From a virus (lineage: Duplodnaviria; Caudoviricetes): 35,427 bases of DNA. Below, piece after piece: positions 1 to 8,908 of the stretch; the stretch's first letter is position 1; each line of letters opens with the position of its first letter. The notes beneath the pieces are model-generated. The model ran no database searches. It had not been told where the DNA came from and was given only the letters and a program-made list of their open reading frames with translations. A program made the translations under genes and the position numbers. Location of the stretch: the IMG/VR virus record IMGVR_UViG_3300020042_010264, positions 1 to 35,427 of that record; one strand, 5' to 3'.

Positions 1-1
1 T

Positions 2-163
2 AAAAGGGTCATGAACGGAGAAGGTCCATTAGATATTAACAATAGAGATGAAGACAGCACTAAGCAAATCATTGCAATCAACATAGGACATACGAACCAT
101 ATCAGGGCTAAAAAGCTATTGTTTACTCTATTAGAACATAATATTGAAAAATGGTGGGATTAG
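2..163 (+). CDS. 3' end of hypothetical phage protein (truncated by window start)
   Basis: Open frame read by hand: KRVMNGEG...LLEHNIEKWWD*, ending TAG at 161-163. Confidence 0.65.
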   Translation, partial: KRVMNGEGPLDINNRDEDSTKQIIAINIGHTNHIRAKKLLFTLLEHNIEKWWD

Positions 164-364
164 CATTAGAAAAAGTGTCTAGTAAAAAACACGGAAATTA
201 CTTAGGGGTTATAAAACAGACACAGGGCGGATCGATAGACACTTTTTTATTTTTGGGAAAACCGGGAATTTCGCACATTTTGGCCCCGATTTTCATTATT
301 TTTGCATAGAAACACAACAAATTCCGCACTTTAGACGCGTAAAACACAAAAAAACAAAGAAAAA

Positions 365-396
365 GTTGCAAAATAAGATTTTTGGTTGTATATTCA
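365..396 (+). promoter_or_regulatory. Bacteroidota-type early promoter (-33 GTTG, 20-bp spacer, -7 TATATTCA)
   Basis: GTTG 365-368 and TATATTCA 389-396, a variant of the TTTG-N19-21-TAnnTTTG consensus, upstream of ATG 428. Confidence 0.6.
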
Positions 397-427
397 TATT
401 ATTAATCACACTTTAAAAGTTATAAAA

Positions 428-685
428 ATGACTAACAAAAGAAACAAAAAGACCTGGGCTGAGCGTATATTAAACGCAGCAAGCAAGGAGGAAACCATTA
501 CTATTGCAGTATTGCGTAAAAGATTTAGATTGCCCACTACTGAAGCAAGTAATGAGTATTTCAACAACTCAATCATGCGTACAGCAAGGTTATTGGCTAG
601 TCCAACTACAAAACAATTGAAACGCGTAGCTCCTGGTGAGTACAAAATCACTAACAAAGGAGCGAAAGCTCTAGTAAACGCGTAA
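428..685 (+). CDS. small basic winged-helix-like DNA-binding protein
   Basis: ATG 428 after an A-rich leader is preferred over the TTG at 386, which lies in the promoter. C-terminal RVAPGEYKITNKG resembles the wing of Mrr-N/MarR-type wHTH domains. Confidence 0.6.
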   Translation: MTNKRNKKTWAERILNAASKEETITIAVLRKRFRLPTTEASNEYFNNSIMRTARLLASPTTKQLKRVAPGEYKITNKGAKALVNA

Positions 686-725
686 ACAAAAGCGAAAAGT
701 GTTATTGTTATTATTATTGAGAATG

Positions 726-749
726 CCCCCCTTACAGGGGGTTTTCTTA
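726..749 (+). terminator. rho-independent terminator
   Basis: CCCCCC-TTACA-GGGGG hairpin followed by TTTTCTTA, after ORF 428-685. Confidence 0.7.
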
Positions 750-906
750 TTTACACCCCCCCAGAGAGTCCCCATAATCAGGATTTTCACTGATTTTCAT
801 GCAATAACTTCCCATATTCGTGTGTTTGATCAACTTAAATTATTATTTCCCCTGGTAAATTGCGAAAACGACTAGATCTCTGCACTCAGGAGAGTCGATG
901 TAATCG

Positions 907-1015
907 AAAACAATCTCCGTGATACACAACTAGTTAGCTAACTCCCTGTGTCACAAGGCCTTTAATTTCACTTAGCTGTTGCTCATCCGGGATATTAGGG
1001 GGACCTTTAGGTATA
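907..1015 (+). promoter_or_regulatory. conserved operator-promoter element, copy 1
   Basis: AAAACAAT, dyad, AGTTAGCTAACT palindrome (932-943), dyad, then GTTG-N20-GACCTTTAGGTATA. Also present at 2372 and 4479. Confidence 0.8.
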
Positions 1016-1029
1016 ATTAATTAAGAGAT

Positions 1030-1215
1030 ATGAGAAAAATTACACAAATGTACAGCACAGCAAAGGCAGAAGTCCTACTATTAGTGCAAGCTTTAAGACA
1101 GTTAGACCCCACATTCATAAAGGCTTTGGCAGGAGCTATCCTATTCATGGTCCTTTTCTTAATCAGCTTATTTGCATCCCTCTGGTTAACCGCAATACTA
1201 CAGGGTGTAGCGTAA
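1030..1215 (+). CDS. small membrane protein
   Basis: 61 aa with a long hydrophobic C-terminal segment; ATG 15 nt after element copy 1. Confidence 0.55.
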   Translation: MRKITQMYSTAKAEVLLLVQALRQLDPTFIKALAGAILFMVLFLISLFASLWLTAILQGVA

Positions 1216-1304
1216 GCTATATGTAAGCACATATAAAAAACGCACTAGTACTGGTACACTATACCTAAACACATATAAAAAAACAAATATAAAATAAACA
1301 CACT

Positions 1305-2372
1305 ATGAAAGAAACCACATTATTCGCACGTTACAAAGACCTGATTAACTACAAATGGACTCAAGGACATCGCACTTACACATCATACCAGCTTAATGCC
1401 AACGTTGGGCAGTATGAAAAACCAACTCATTGGAAGAGAGTCTCTAACAATCACTATTACACTACCCGCACGTATCAGACAGCTCTTAAAGAATTAGGGT
1501 GTATAACGATGATTAAACGTGGATTATGGCAAATCAATGGACCTATACCACAGTGGTTCGGATCGTTTCATATCAACGGTTTAAAAGGCCAATTGGATCA
1601 TAACTGCGAGTACTGGAACTCTTTGCCAGCTGGGTACAAGATTAATCCATGGAAAGCCCCTATACAAGCAGACAATCAGCCATTGGACCTTAACAACCCC
1701 ACAGAGAGAGCACAATACATTAATAACACACATAAAACAAACAACAACATGAAAGTCACTAACAATGCAGCATTTTACACAGTAGAGGGATTACAAGTAT
1801 GCAAGGAAATCCCCATTTTAACAGCCACTTATCAAGTTAACATTTGGCAGGAATCAGTCGGTATTGGCTGGGGTGGAGAGGTTATGGAAGCCACGTACTA
1901 CTACAACAACAGGGAAATAGCAGATCACACAGCAGAGGAGATGATCACCGCATATGTAGATGATCTTGCATCATTTGATTATACTAACATACGTAAACAC
2001 AACGAATGTACGGCCATTGAAGTTGCAATACAAGCACAGGTGCATACAGAGCAGGTATCAACTACTGTACAACCCACTAATGATGCACCTTGTGAGAACA
2101 CATACACAAAGGCACAGGTAGAGCGGATCTTAAAGGAATATACTGATTACTTGACCCAGGAAGCTACAAATGCCGTGGAAGGTGCATGTCATGAGCTTGA
2201 TGAGGAGAATTGTGTAGAGATTGAGCTTTGCTTCAACCGCAGCTTAGATGTAAATCTCAATACGGATGAGATTGCTGAAAATGTGAATAATGCAATTAGT
2301 GCGAGTCTTAGCTCTTCATTAAACGCATGGCTCTTTGACTTTCCGAGAGATATTGATTTTGACAAGGAGTAA
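1305..2372 (+). CDS. hypothetical protein, possible N-terminal winged-helix domain and acidic C-terminal part
   Basis: 355-aa ORF with an A/C-rich leader. ALKELGCITMIKRGLWQI resembles a wHTH wing. A possible internal start at 1749 (MKVTNN) follows an A-rich tract. Confidence 0.7.
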   Translation: MKETTLFARYKDLINYKWTQGHRTYTSYQLNANVGQYEKPTHWKRVSNNHYYTTRTYQTALKELGCITMIKRGLWQINGPIPQWFGSFHINGLKGQLDHNCEYWNSLPAGYKINPWKAPIQADNQPLDLNNPTERAQYINNTHKTNNNMKVTNNAAFYTVEGLQVCKEIPILTATYQVNIWQESVGIGWGGEVMEATYYYNNREIADHTAEEMITAYVDDLASFDYTNIRKHNECTAIEVAIQAQVHTEQVSTTVQPTNDAPCENTYTKAQVERILKEYTDYLTQEATNAVEGACHELDEENCVEIELCFNRSLDVNLNTDEIAENVNNAISASLSSSLNAWLFDFPRDIDFDKE

Positions 2373-2480
2373 AAACAATTCCCTTGAGTCACAAGGAGTT
2401 AGCTAACTCGGTGAGTATCAAGGGGACCAAATTCAAGCAAGCGTTGCTCATACGAGAAATTAGGGGGACCTTTAGGTATA
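2372..2480 (+). promoter_or_regulatory. conserved operator-promoter element, copy 2
   Basis: Same 109-bp architecture and spacing as copy 1; precedes the AAA+ ATPase gene. Confidence 0.8.
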
Positions 2481-2505
2481 TTAATAACAATAAAAAACAC
2501 ATACT

Positions 2506-3654
2506 ATGAAAATTACAGCAAAAGTGGCATTAGGCCAGGGTTCTAAGAAAAACGTGCAATCTATCAGAGCTTACGACACAATCTCAGGTGCTGATATCAC
2601 CAGTACTATTACGTACATGACTTTAAGAAACGCATTCCAAGCAGGGAAATGGCTAGACAATTCCTCCGGTAAATGGAGACAAATTGAGCCAGGTAAAATT
2701 AATCACGTGAAACCCACTAGTGTAGCACCTCCTGCAACACCAGCTGACAATACCGTAATGGCACTACTTAATACGTGTGTTGAGAAGCGTCCTGCTTCTC
2801 TTTATTGCCAGGACCTTACATGGAAGTTTATATGCCGTGCAGTACTAAAGGGTAGAAACATCCTATTGACAGGTCCCACTGGTTGTGGTAAGTCTCAGAC
2901 TGCGATAGCAGCTGCAAAGACCCTAGATAGGGAGTTGTTTTATGTGAACTTGGGAGCTACTCAAGACCCACGTGGTACGCTTATCGGTAACACCCACTTT
3001 TCCAAGGAGGTTGGTACATACTTCAATGAAAGTGCATTCGTAAAGGCTATTCAAGTACCTAACACAGTAATCCTATTGGATGAGGTGTCTCGTGCGCATC
3101 CTGAGGCTCACAACATTCTTATGACCGTGTTAGATCCAGGTCAAAGATACTTGCGTTTGGATGAAGCTACAAACACACCTACTATCAAGGTAGCTGAAGG
3201 AGTAAGCTTCATTGGTACTGCAAACATTGGTAGTGAGTACACTGCTACTCGTGTGATGGACCGTGCATTGATAGATCGTTTCACTATTGCTGAGATACCG
3301 TTTCTTACGTCTTTTGAAGAATGTGCATTGATTCAACAAATACATCCTACGATAGATCCCACAGCAGCTGTCGCATTGGCAGAGATTGCATTGCAAACTA
3401 GAAATGAAGTGAGGTCAGACAGTGCAAAGATACAGACTCCATTGTCGACAAGATCCGTATTGGAAATGGCAGATTTGCTTGTGGATGGTTTTACCCTTCA
3501 AGAATGCGCTGAAGTTTGTATTTATCCATTATACTCTCAGGATGGTGGAATGCAGTCAGAACGTACATTTGTTAAGCAAGTAGTACAAAAGTTTGTAAAC
3601 GACGGTACTAGTGACTCTTTAACTGAAGCTAAACCAGAAGAAGCCACTTACTAG
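2506..3654 (+). CDS. MoxR/CobS/CbbQ-like AAA+ ATPase
   Basis: Walker A GPTGCGKS, Walker B ILLDE, sensor region TANIG..Y...MDRALIDRF, C-terminal STR motif. Confidence 0.9.
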   Translation: MKITAKVALGQGSKKNVQSIRAYDTISGADITSTITYMTLRNAFQAGKWLDNSSGKWRQIEPGKINHVKPTSVAPPATPADNTVMALLNTCVEKRPASLYCQDLTWKFICRAVLKGRNILLTGPTGCGKSQTAIAAAKTLDRELFYVNLGATQDPRGTLIGNTHFSKEVGTYFNESAFVKAIQVPNTVILLDEVSRAHPEAHNILMTVLDPGQRYLRLDEATNTPTIKVAEGVSFIGTANIGSEYTATRVMDRALIDRFTIAEIPFLTSFEECALIQQIHPTIDPTAAVALAEIALQTRNEVRSDSAKIQTPLSTRSVLEMADLLVDGFTLQECAEVCIYPLYSQDGGMQSERTFVKQVVQKFVNDGTSDSLTEAKPEEATY

Positions 3655-3698
3655 TAGCCAGTCTCACACATTTTACATAAACACATAAAACACACATT

Positions 3699-4037
3699 AT
3701 GCCAGCAATAGCTAAGATGAAAAATAAAAAGGTGGAATTATCCCCTAAACAAAAGGAGTTCCAGAAAATCAAGAAGTTTGTATTGAAGCGCTTTCCAGGG
3801 GCTCACACAGTAGCTGTACCCACTTGTGGGAATCAGCTGCTATACCAGGTGGTAGATGCAAACAATAGAGTTGTGGTATCACCGGAGCTTATGATACCCC
3901 TTGGTAAAACAGTAACTCAAGCTTGGACCAATGCGAAGTATGGTGCATGGTTCAGTAACATGATTCGTAAATCAAACAACGCATTCAGTGAAGAAAAGAT
4001 GTATAAGAAGCTCGCACGTGACAACAAAGAAGACTAG
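3699..4037 (+). CDS. hypothetical basic protein
   Basis: 112-aa ORF after an AAAACACACATT leader, co-oriented in the operon. Confidence 0.7.
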   Translation: MPAIAKMKNKKVELSPKQKEFQKIKKFVLKRFPGAHTVAVPTCGNQLLYQVVDANNRVVVSPELMIPLGKTVTQAWTNAKYGAWFSNMIRKSNNAFSEEKMYKKLARDNKED

Positions 4038-4404
4038 TCCATTCTGGGATCTCGTAAGACATGCACAATCTCTAGGGATTGAGGTAAACTATGATCATTA
4101 CGATGTTTCAGTACTGGGGACGTATATATGTGGAACTAAACGCAAGATTCGTTCGTACAAGATAACCATTCAAAAAACGAATTTAACCCGTCAATTTCAC
4201 GAGTTATTGCATGAGTTGGGACATTATCTCATTATGGTAGATAAAATCGCTTATAAACGAAAATATCCAGCTTGTGCAATAGCGTGTGAATATCACGATC
4301 AGTATAAGCTTAAAAGGCGCGTAGCATACAAGGTTCAGTCAATGCTTGAAGAAGCGGAGGCTTGGGACATAGGTCAATCATTAGCTGAACAACTGCAGCT
4401 GTAG
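4018..4404 (+). CDS. HEXXH zinc metallopeptidase-like protein (ImmA/IrrE-like); possibly extends to 4494 past an in-frame TAG
   Basis: LLHELGH and downstream EEAEAW motif. Start at GTG 4018 or 3988 is uncertain. The frame stays open for 29 codons after TAG 4402-4404. Confidence 0.7.
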   Translation: MTTKKTSPFWDLVRHAQSLGIEVNYDHYDVSVLGTYICGTKRKIRSYKITIQKTNLTRQFHELLHELGHYLIMVDKIAYKRKYPACAIACEYHDQYKLKRRVAYKVQSMLEEAEAWDIGQSLAEQLQL

Positions 4405-4478
4405 TTGGATCTAATTGCTTACAACAAGCTGAAGACGAGGTGTTTAGCTCAGTATATGCTGTACTATGGTGGTGGTGT

Positions 4479-4588
4479 AAAACAATCTCGTTGATACTGA
4501 GGAGTTTAGCTAACCACTTGAGACTCACACTGCATTGATTTCGCTCGACTGTTGCTAGTCTGATGAATTAGGGTGACCTTTAGGTATA
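4479..4588 (+). promoter_or_regulatory. conserved operator-promoter element, copy 3
   Basis: 110-bp copy: AAAACAAT...TTAGCTAA...GTTG-N20-GACCTTTAGGTATA; precedes the peptidase/vWA gene. Confidence 0.8.
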
Positions 4589-4606
4589 ATAATAAAACAA
4601 TAGAAT

Positions 4607-6791
4607 ATGACTAAAAATAACACGAGCTCAAAGCTGCACAAACACAAGACCTTCAAGTCTAACTACTTGAATAGTAGGGGTTTAGATATTAAGAAAAGTT
4701 ACTCATCTTTTTGGATGAATGACACTAGATTTGGTCCTAGCACCATTGGGACCCCAGCTACTGGGGATCTTGGAAAGCTAATCAAGCTAAACAGCTATAG
4801 ACGTGCAATTACAAACTTCGTAAAGATTGTAACAAAGCAAGACATACCAGTTAACTGGTCTGAAGGTCAAGATTCATTTACTAATGGTAAAGCAATCACT
4901 ATTAGTACGGATATCAAGGATGCTACGTTTGACGTTACTGTAGGTCTTGCATTGCACGAAGCTTCTCACGTTATATTGACGGACTTTCAGCTTGTGAAGT
5001 CTGATGAATTCAAGGATTGCATGTATGACGTAATAGCGAAATGTCCGTATGCTTTTAGTATTGGGTCATCTGAAGTGAGAGGTCATTTGTTTGCTTACCT
5101 TAACTGGGTGGAAGACAGAAGAATAGATCATTACGTGTTTAGTACTTCTCCGGGATATAAAGCATACTATCACAAGTTGTATGACTACTACTGGAACAAT
5201 GCGTTTATTGAAGGTGGTTTCAAGTCCAAGAAGCTTCAAGATCCACGGAACAAGACCCATTGGGACTTTCACATTATTAACTCCATAAGCAACAACGCTA
5301 ATCCAAAGGCTTTGCCACGACTAGACGAGATCATGGATATCATAAATCTACCCAACATTGCAAGATTGCACAGTACACAGGATAGTCTTAAGGTTGCAGC
5401 TGCAATACTTACCATTGTATATGAGGAAATGGAAGCAGCTAAAAGCACTGCAAAACCAAAGAGTAGTCCGAAAGCACCACCAGCACAGGATAACAGCGAT
5501 AGCGATGACAGCAGTACTAATGCACCAGAGGCACAGGATAGCGAGAGCGATCAGTGAGAGCGAGAGCAATAGTGGTGATGGTGGTGATGGTGGTGAGAGC
5601 GATAGCGATGATGAAGCTGAAGATACCCTTACAAACACAGAGGTTAATAAGATTTTAGATCACTTGGATAAGCAGAAAAAGTTTCTAGATGGTAGCATCT
5701 CTAAGAAGTCCGCTTTGAAAGGCTTACAAAAGCAATTGCAATTTGCAGCTGCATCAGGTGTGGATGTACAAATAGTAGGTGATGATCAGTGTGGTATACA
5801 CAAGTGCTACATCTACGATTACACTGTAGGTACCAAGATTAGCGAGCTTGCAAACTTACAACAACTAATAACTAATGATGGTGGTGGTTATAGAAACACT
5901 GCAGCAGTAAATAACCTTGCATTGGAAGGAAACCTAAGCTATTTCAGCCCATCTCATGCAGTCGATAAAGACAAAGCAATAGAGTTAGGACTTAATATGG
6001 GTAGCTTGTTAGGTAAAAAGCTTCAACTACACAATGAATCAAGAGAAAGAGTCGATAACAGACTTTACACTGGTAAGATAGATGGCAAAAGAATAGCTCA
6101 TGCAGGTTACGATATAGAAAGCGTATTCAAGCAAGTACAAGTAGACAAGTGCAAGAATGCAAACATACATATATCATTAGATGCAAGTGGAAGTATGGGT
6201 GGTGAGAAGTGGCTTTCAACAATACAAACCACAATGGCTATAGCAAAGGCAGCTAAATACACGCAAGGAATCACAATACAAGTGAGCTTAAGAACCACTA
6301 CCGATGGGCCTAAAGGTTGTATTGCAACTGTGGTATTAGCTTATGATAGCATAAAGAACCCAATCAATCACTTGGTTACAGTAATGCGTCAACTTGAGTT
6401 AAACTCCACAACTCCCGAAGGTCTTTGCTTTGATGGTCTATTAAAGAAAGGCATGTTTAAAAGAGGAACTGACACTATGGATAGTTACTTTCTTAACATA
6501 TCCGATGGACAACCTTCAATGGCAGGTTACGGTGGTCAGAAGGCAGTGGTGCATACTAGAAACACAATCAGTAAAATGAAAGCTGAGCTTAACATGAAGG
6601 TCCTAGCTTTCTGGATAGAAACCACAGGAGCTAACACTACAGTAGAACAAATGAGAGATAGGTTCAATCATCCACATGGTAGCGGTGCTATCTTTAGACA
6701 GATGTATGGTAGTGATGCAACAGTAGTGGATCCTAAGTCAGCCATGTCAATAGCTCAGCAGTTAAATAAAAGGTTCTTGAAGCATGCATAG
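4607..6791 (+). CDS. CobT-like protein: N-terminal HEXXH metallopeptidase domain, acidic linker, C-terminal vWA domain; frameshifted at ~5552
   Basis: ORF 4607-5557 has LHEASH and NWVEDRRID. ORF 5358-6791 has the MIDAS motif DASGSM, TPEG and ISDGQP. Removing C5552 fuses them into 727 aa with a continuous D/E/S/G linker. Confidence 0.8.
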
Positions 6792-7046
6792 TATCATAGC
6801 TAACATAGGGGGGGGTATCCCATATCGAATAACGGATATACAACAGGGGGTCCCTCCCCTTAAAACACGTGTAAATACGGTGAAAACACAGGGGGGGATA
6901 GGGTGCGATAATATCGTGAAAACCCAATGGGGACGGGTGTCTCAACCCAAACTACACTGGTTCATATTCCGAGCATATTTTTTTTGCTATAGCGGATTCA
7001 ACACTTTGAATACACTGCGTGTAGTGTCTAGTCCCCTTTCTCCCTC

Positions 7047-7091
7047 CTATAGCAATAGCCACTATAACAATAGCCACTATAACAATAACAA
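7047..7091 (+). repeat. 3 x 15-bp imperfect tandem repeat
   Basis: CTATAGCAATAGCCA / CTATAACAATAGCCA / CTATAACAATAACAA. Confidence 0.8.
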
Positions 7092-7112
7092 TAACATTAA
7101 AATAATAACAAT

Positions 7113-7499
7113 ATGAAAAAAGTAGCAAAAATAGAATACGGGATTACGATAGTTAAGCCATGGTCTAAACAAATGTACGATCACAATGACAAAGTAATTA
7201 CAGTAGCTAAATCACAACTTATGAGGATGTGGGCTGACATGATAAATCCAATTTTAAGTGGGTATCTAGATGGTGATGATCTTACTATAGATGACTTGGA
7301 TTGGGTATCAGTTCGTACTGCAGAGTTGCAGCGTTTTCAAACAGCTGTAACTTGTTGGTCATTCGGTGGTGGATATTCCTTGCAAGGGGTACAAGAAGAA
7401 GTGTTAGAAACAATACAAGGTGGGTCTTATCACTCAATCAATAGAATCTTTGATGAGCTGAGTATCCCATTAGAACCAGGTTTTATTGGGTTTGCATAA
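7113..7499 (+). CDS. hypothetical protein
   Basis: 128-aa ORF with an A-rich leader. Confidence 0.7.
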   Translation: MKKVAKIEYGITIVKPWSKQMYDHNDKVITVAKSQLMRMWADMINPILSGYLDGDDLTIDDLDWVSVRTAELQRFQTAVTCWSFGGGYSLQGVQEEVLETIQGGSYHSINRIFDELSIPLEPGFIGFA

Positions 7500-7535
7500 T
7501 CATTCATAACAACATAAACATAAAAATATATACAT

Positions 7536-8621
7536 ATGAAACTATCAACATTATACAAGCGTCAAGAATCGCTTAACAAAATACAAGAATACATTTTAGA
7601 GGTAGTAGATAACGGTTATCGTTCTACTAGTGGCTACACTGATGGTGTAAAAACAACCTCTGAATGGACCTATTGCAATGGTAAAAACCATGGTAAATCA
7701 AATGAAACAACTGCTGCTGAGCAAGCAATGAATGTATGCAAAGCAAAAAAGAAAGTAGCTAGTGGTTACTTTGCTGACATTAAGTCAATTGATACCTCTG
7801 AATTGTTCAAGCCAATGCTCGCTAACAAGTGGGAAGACAGAAAAGACAAAGTAACTTATCCTTTATATTCACAGCCTAAATTGGATGGTGTTAGATGCAT
7901 TGTGAAATCAGATGGAATGTACACACGAACTGGTAAGCCTATTGATTCAGCTCCTCATATTTTTAATGCGTTAGCACCTTTGTTTGCTAATGATCCAGAT
8001 CTTATATTTGATGGTGAGCTATATGCTGACAAGTATGCTAATGACTTTAATGCGATTGTATCCCTTGTGAAAAAAACAAAGCCAACTGCTCAAGATCTAA
8101 TAGATAGTGCTGAAGTTATTGAATACCACGTATATGACTTACCGTCGCATGGTGGTGTGTTTAGTGAACGATGTGCGGCTATAACCGGTATGTCACTTCC
8201 TAAGTGTTGCAAGAGAGTTGGTACATATATTGTCAATAATGAGAAGGATGTGATTGATCAGTATGAAGTATATGTGGCTCAAGGTTATGAAGGTCAAATG
8301 TTAAGAGTAGATGCACCTTATGAAAACAAGCGTAGTAATACATTACTCAAGCACAAGTCTTTTATGGATGAAGAATACAAGATTATTGGTGTTGTGGAAG
8401 GGAATGGTAACTTGGCTGGCAAGGTGGGAGCTTTGCTGTTTACAAGCTCTAATGGTAATGATTTTACCGCGTCTGTGAATGGCGGTTGGGATCACTTGGA
8501 AATGCTGTGGGGTGAGCGAAAGCGTCTTATAGGCCTATTAGCTACTGTAAAATACTTCAATCTTACTCCCGATGGTATTCCTCGATTTCCTAAGGTAATT
8601 GGTATTAGAGATTACGAGTAA
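7536..8621 (+). CDS. lig: ATP-dependent DNA ligase
   Basis: Motif I QPKLDGVRC, motif III FDGELY, YHVYD, motif IV YEGQMLR, motif V LLKHK, C-terminal PRFPK. Confidence 0.93.
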   Translation: MKLSTLYKRQESLNKIQEYILEVVDNGYRSTSGYTDGVKTTSEWTYCNGKNHGKSNETTAAEQAMNVCKAKKKVASGYFADIKSIDTSELFKPMLANKWEDRKDKVTYPLYSQPKLDGVRCIVKSDGMYTRTGKPIDSAPHIFNALAPLFANDPDLIFDGELYADKYANDFNAIVSLVKKTKPTAQDLIDSAEVIEYHVYDLPSHGGVFSERCAAITGMSLPKCCKRVGTYIVNNEKDVIDQYEVYVAQGYEGQMLRVDAPYENKRSNTLLKHKSFMDEEYKIIGVVEGNGNLAGKVGALLFTSSNGNDFTASVNGGWDHLEMLWGERKRLIGLLATVKYFNLTPDGIPRFPKVIGIRDYE

Positions 8622-8627
8622 AATAAA

Positions 8628-8659
8628 TTTGGATAATTGGTATAGTTTTTGTATATTTG
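8628..8659 (+). promoter_or_regulatory. consensus Bacteroidota housekeeping-sigma promoter
   Basis: TTTG 8628-8631, 20-bp spacer, TATATTTG 8652-8659: an exact match to -33 TTTG / -7 TAnnTTTG. Confidence 0.8.
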
Positions 8660-8685
8660 TAACACAATAATAAAATAATAGTAAA

Positions 8686-8907
8686 ATGATAGTAAACAAA
8701 AGTAAAAAAGTAGCAAGCAAGTTGGAGCTTAACCTGTCGGGGCCGGAAGGTAATGCATTTGTGTTAATAGGTATTGCTCAAAGCTGGGCGAAGCGATTGG
8801 GGTTGGACAGCAAAGCAATTAGTGCTGACATGATGAGTGGTGACTATGAGCATTTACTTTCAGTAATGGAGAAGCATTTTGGTGATCACATTATAATGTA
8901 TAGATAA
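8686..8907 (+). CDS. small hypothetical phage protein (GPEGNAF motif)
   Basis: 73 aa directly downstream of the promoter. Confidence 0.75.
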   Translation: MIVNKSKKVASKLELNLSGPEGNAFVLIGIAQSWAKRLGLDSKAISADMMSGDYEHLLSVMEKHFGDHIIMYR

Positions 8908-8908
8908 C

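Noticed and set aside
750-900. Possible structured ncRNA or extra TGA-N3-TCA sites upstream of element copy 1
   Set aside because: Only one clear dyad (791-799) and a weak hairpin (about 869-897); not enough to call.
907-4588. Invertible-promoter (phase variation) reading of the palindromic elements
   Set aside because: All three copies are in direct orientation relative to their promoter parts and no recombinase gene is in the window; not excluded genome-wide.
5358-5552. TTG start and first ~65 codons of the 477-aa ORF
   Set aside because: Out-of-frame overlap with the upstream ORF; only the part after the frameshift looks real.
2506-6791. Cobalamin biosynthesis (true cobS/cobT) assignment
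   Set aside because: No cobN or other cob genes in the window; the motifs only support a generic MoxR/vWA pair.
6784-7116. 110-aa ORF across the G-rich island
   Set aside because: It translates homopolymer runs and a tandem repeat (GGGI, NNNNN) and has no protein-like character; treated as non-coding.
7536-7800. Possible small indels in the ligase N-terminus
   Set aside because: The frame is open and all catalytic motifs are intact; it cannot be judged without an alignment.
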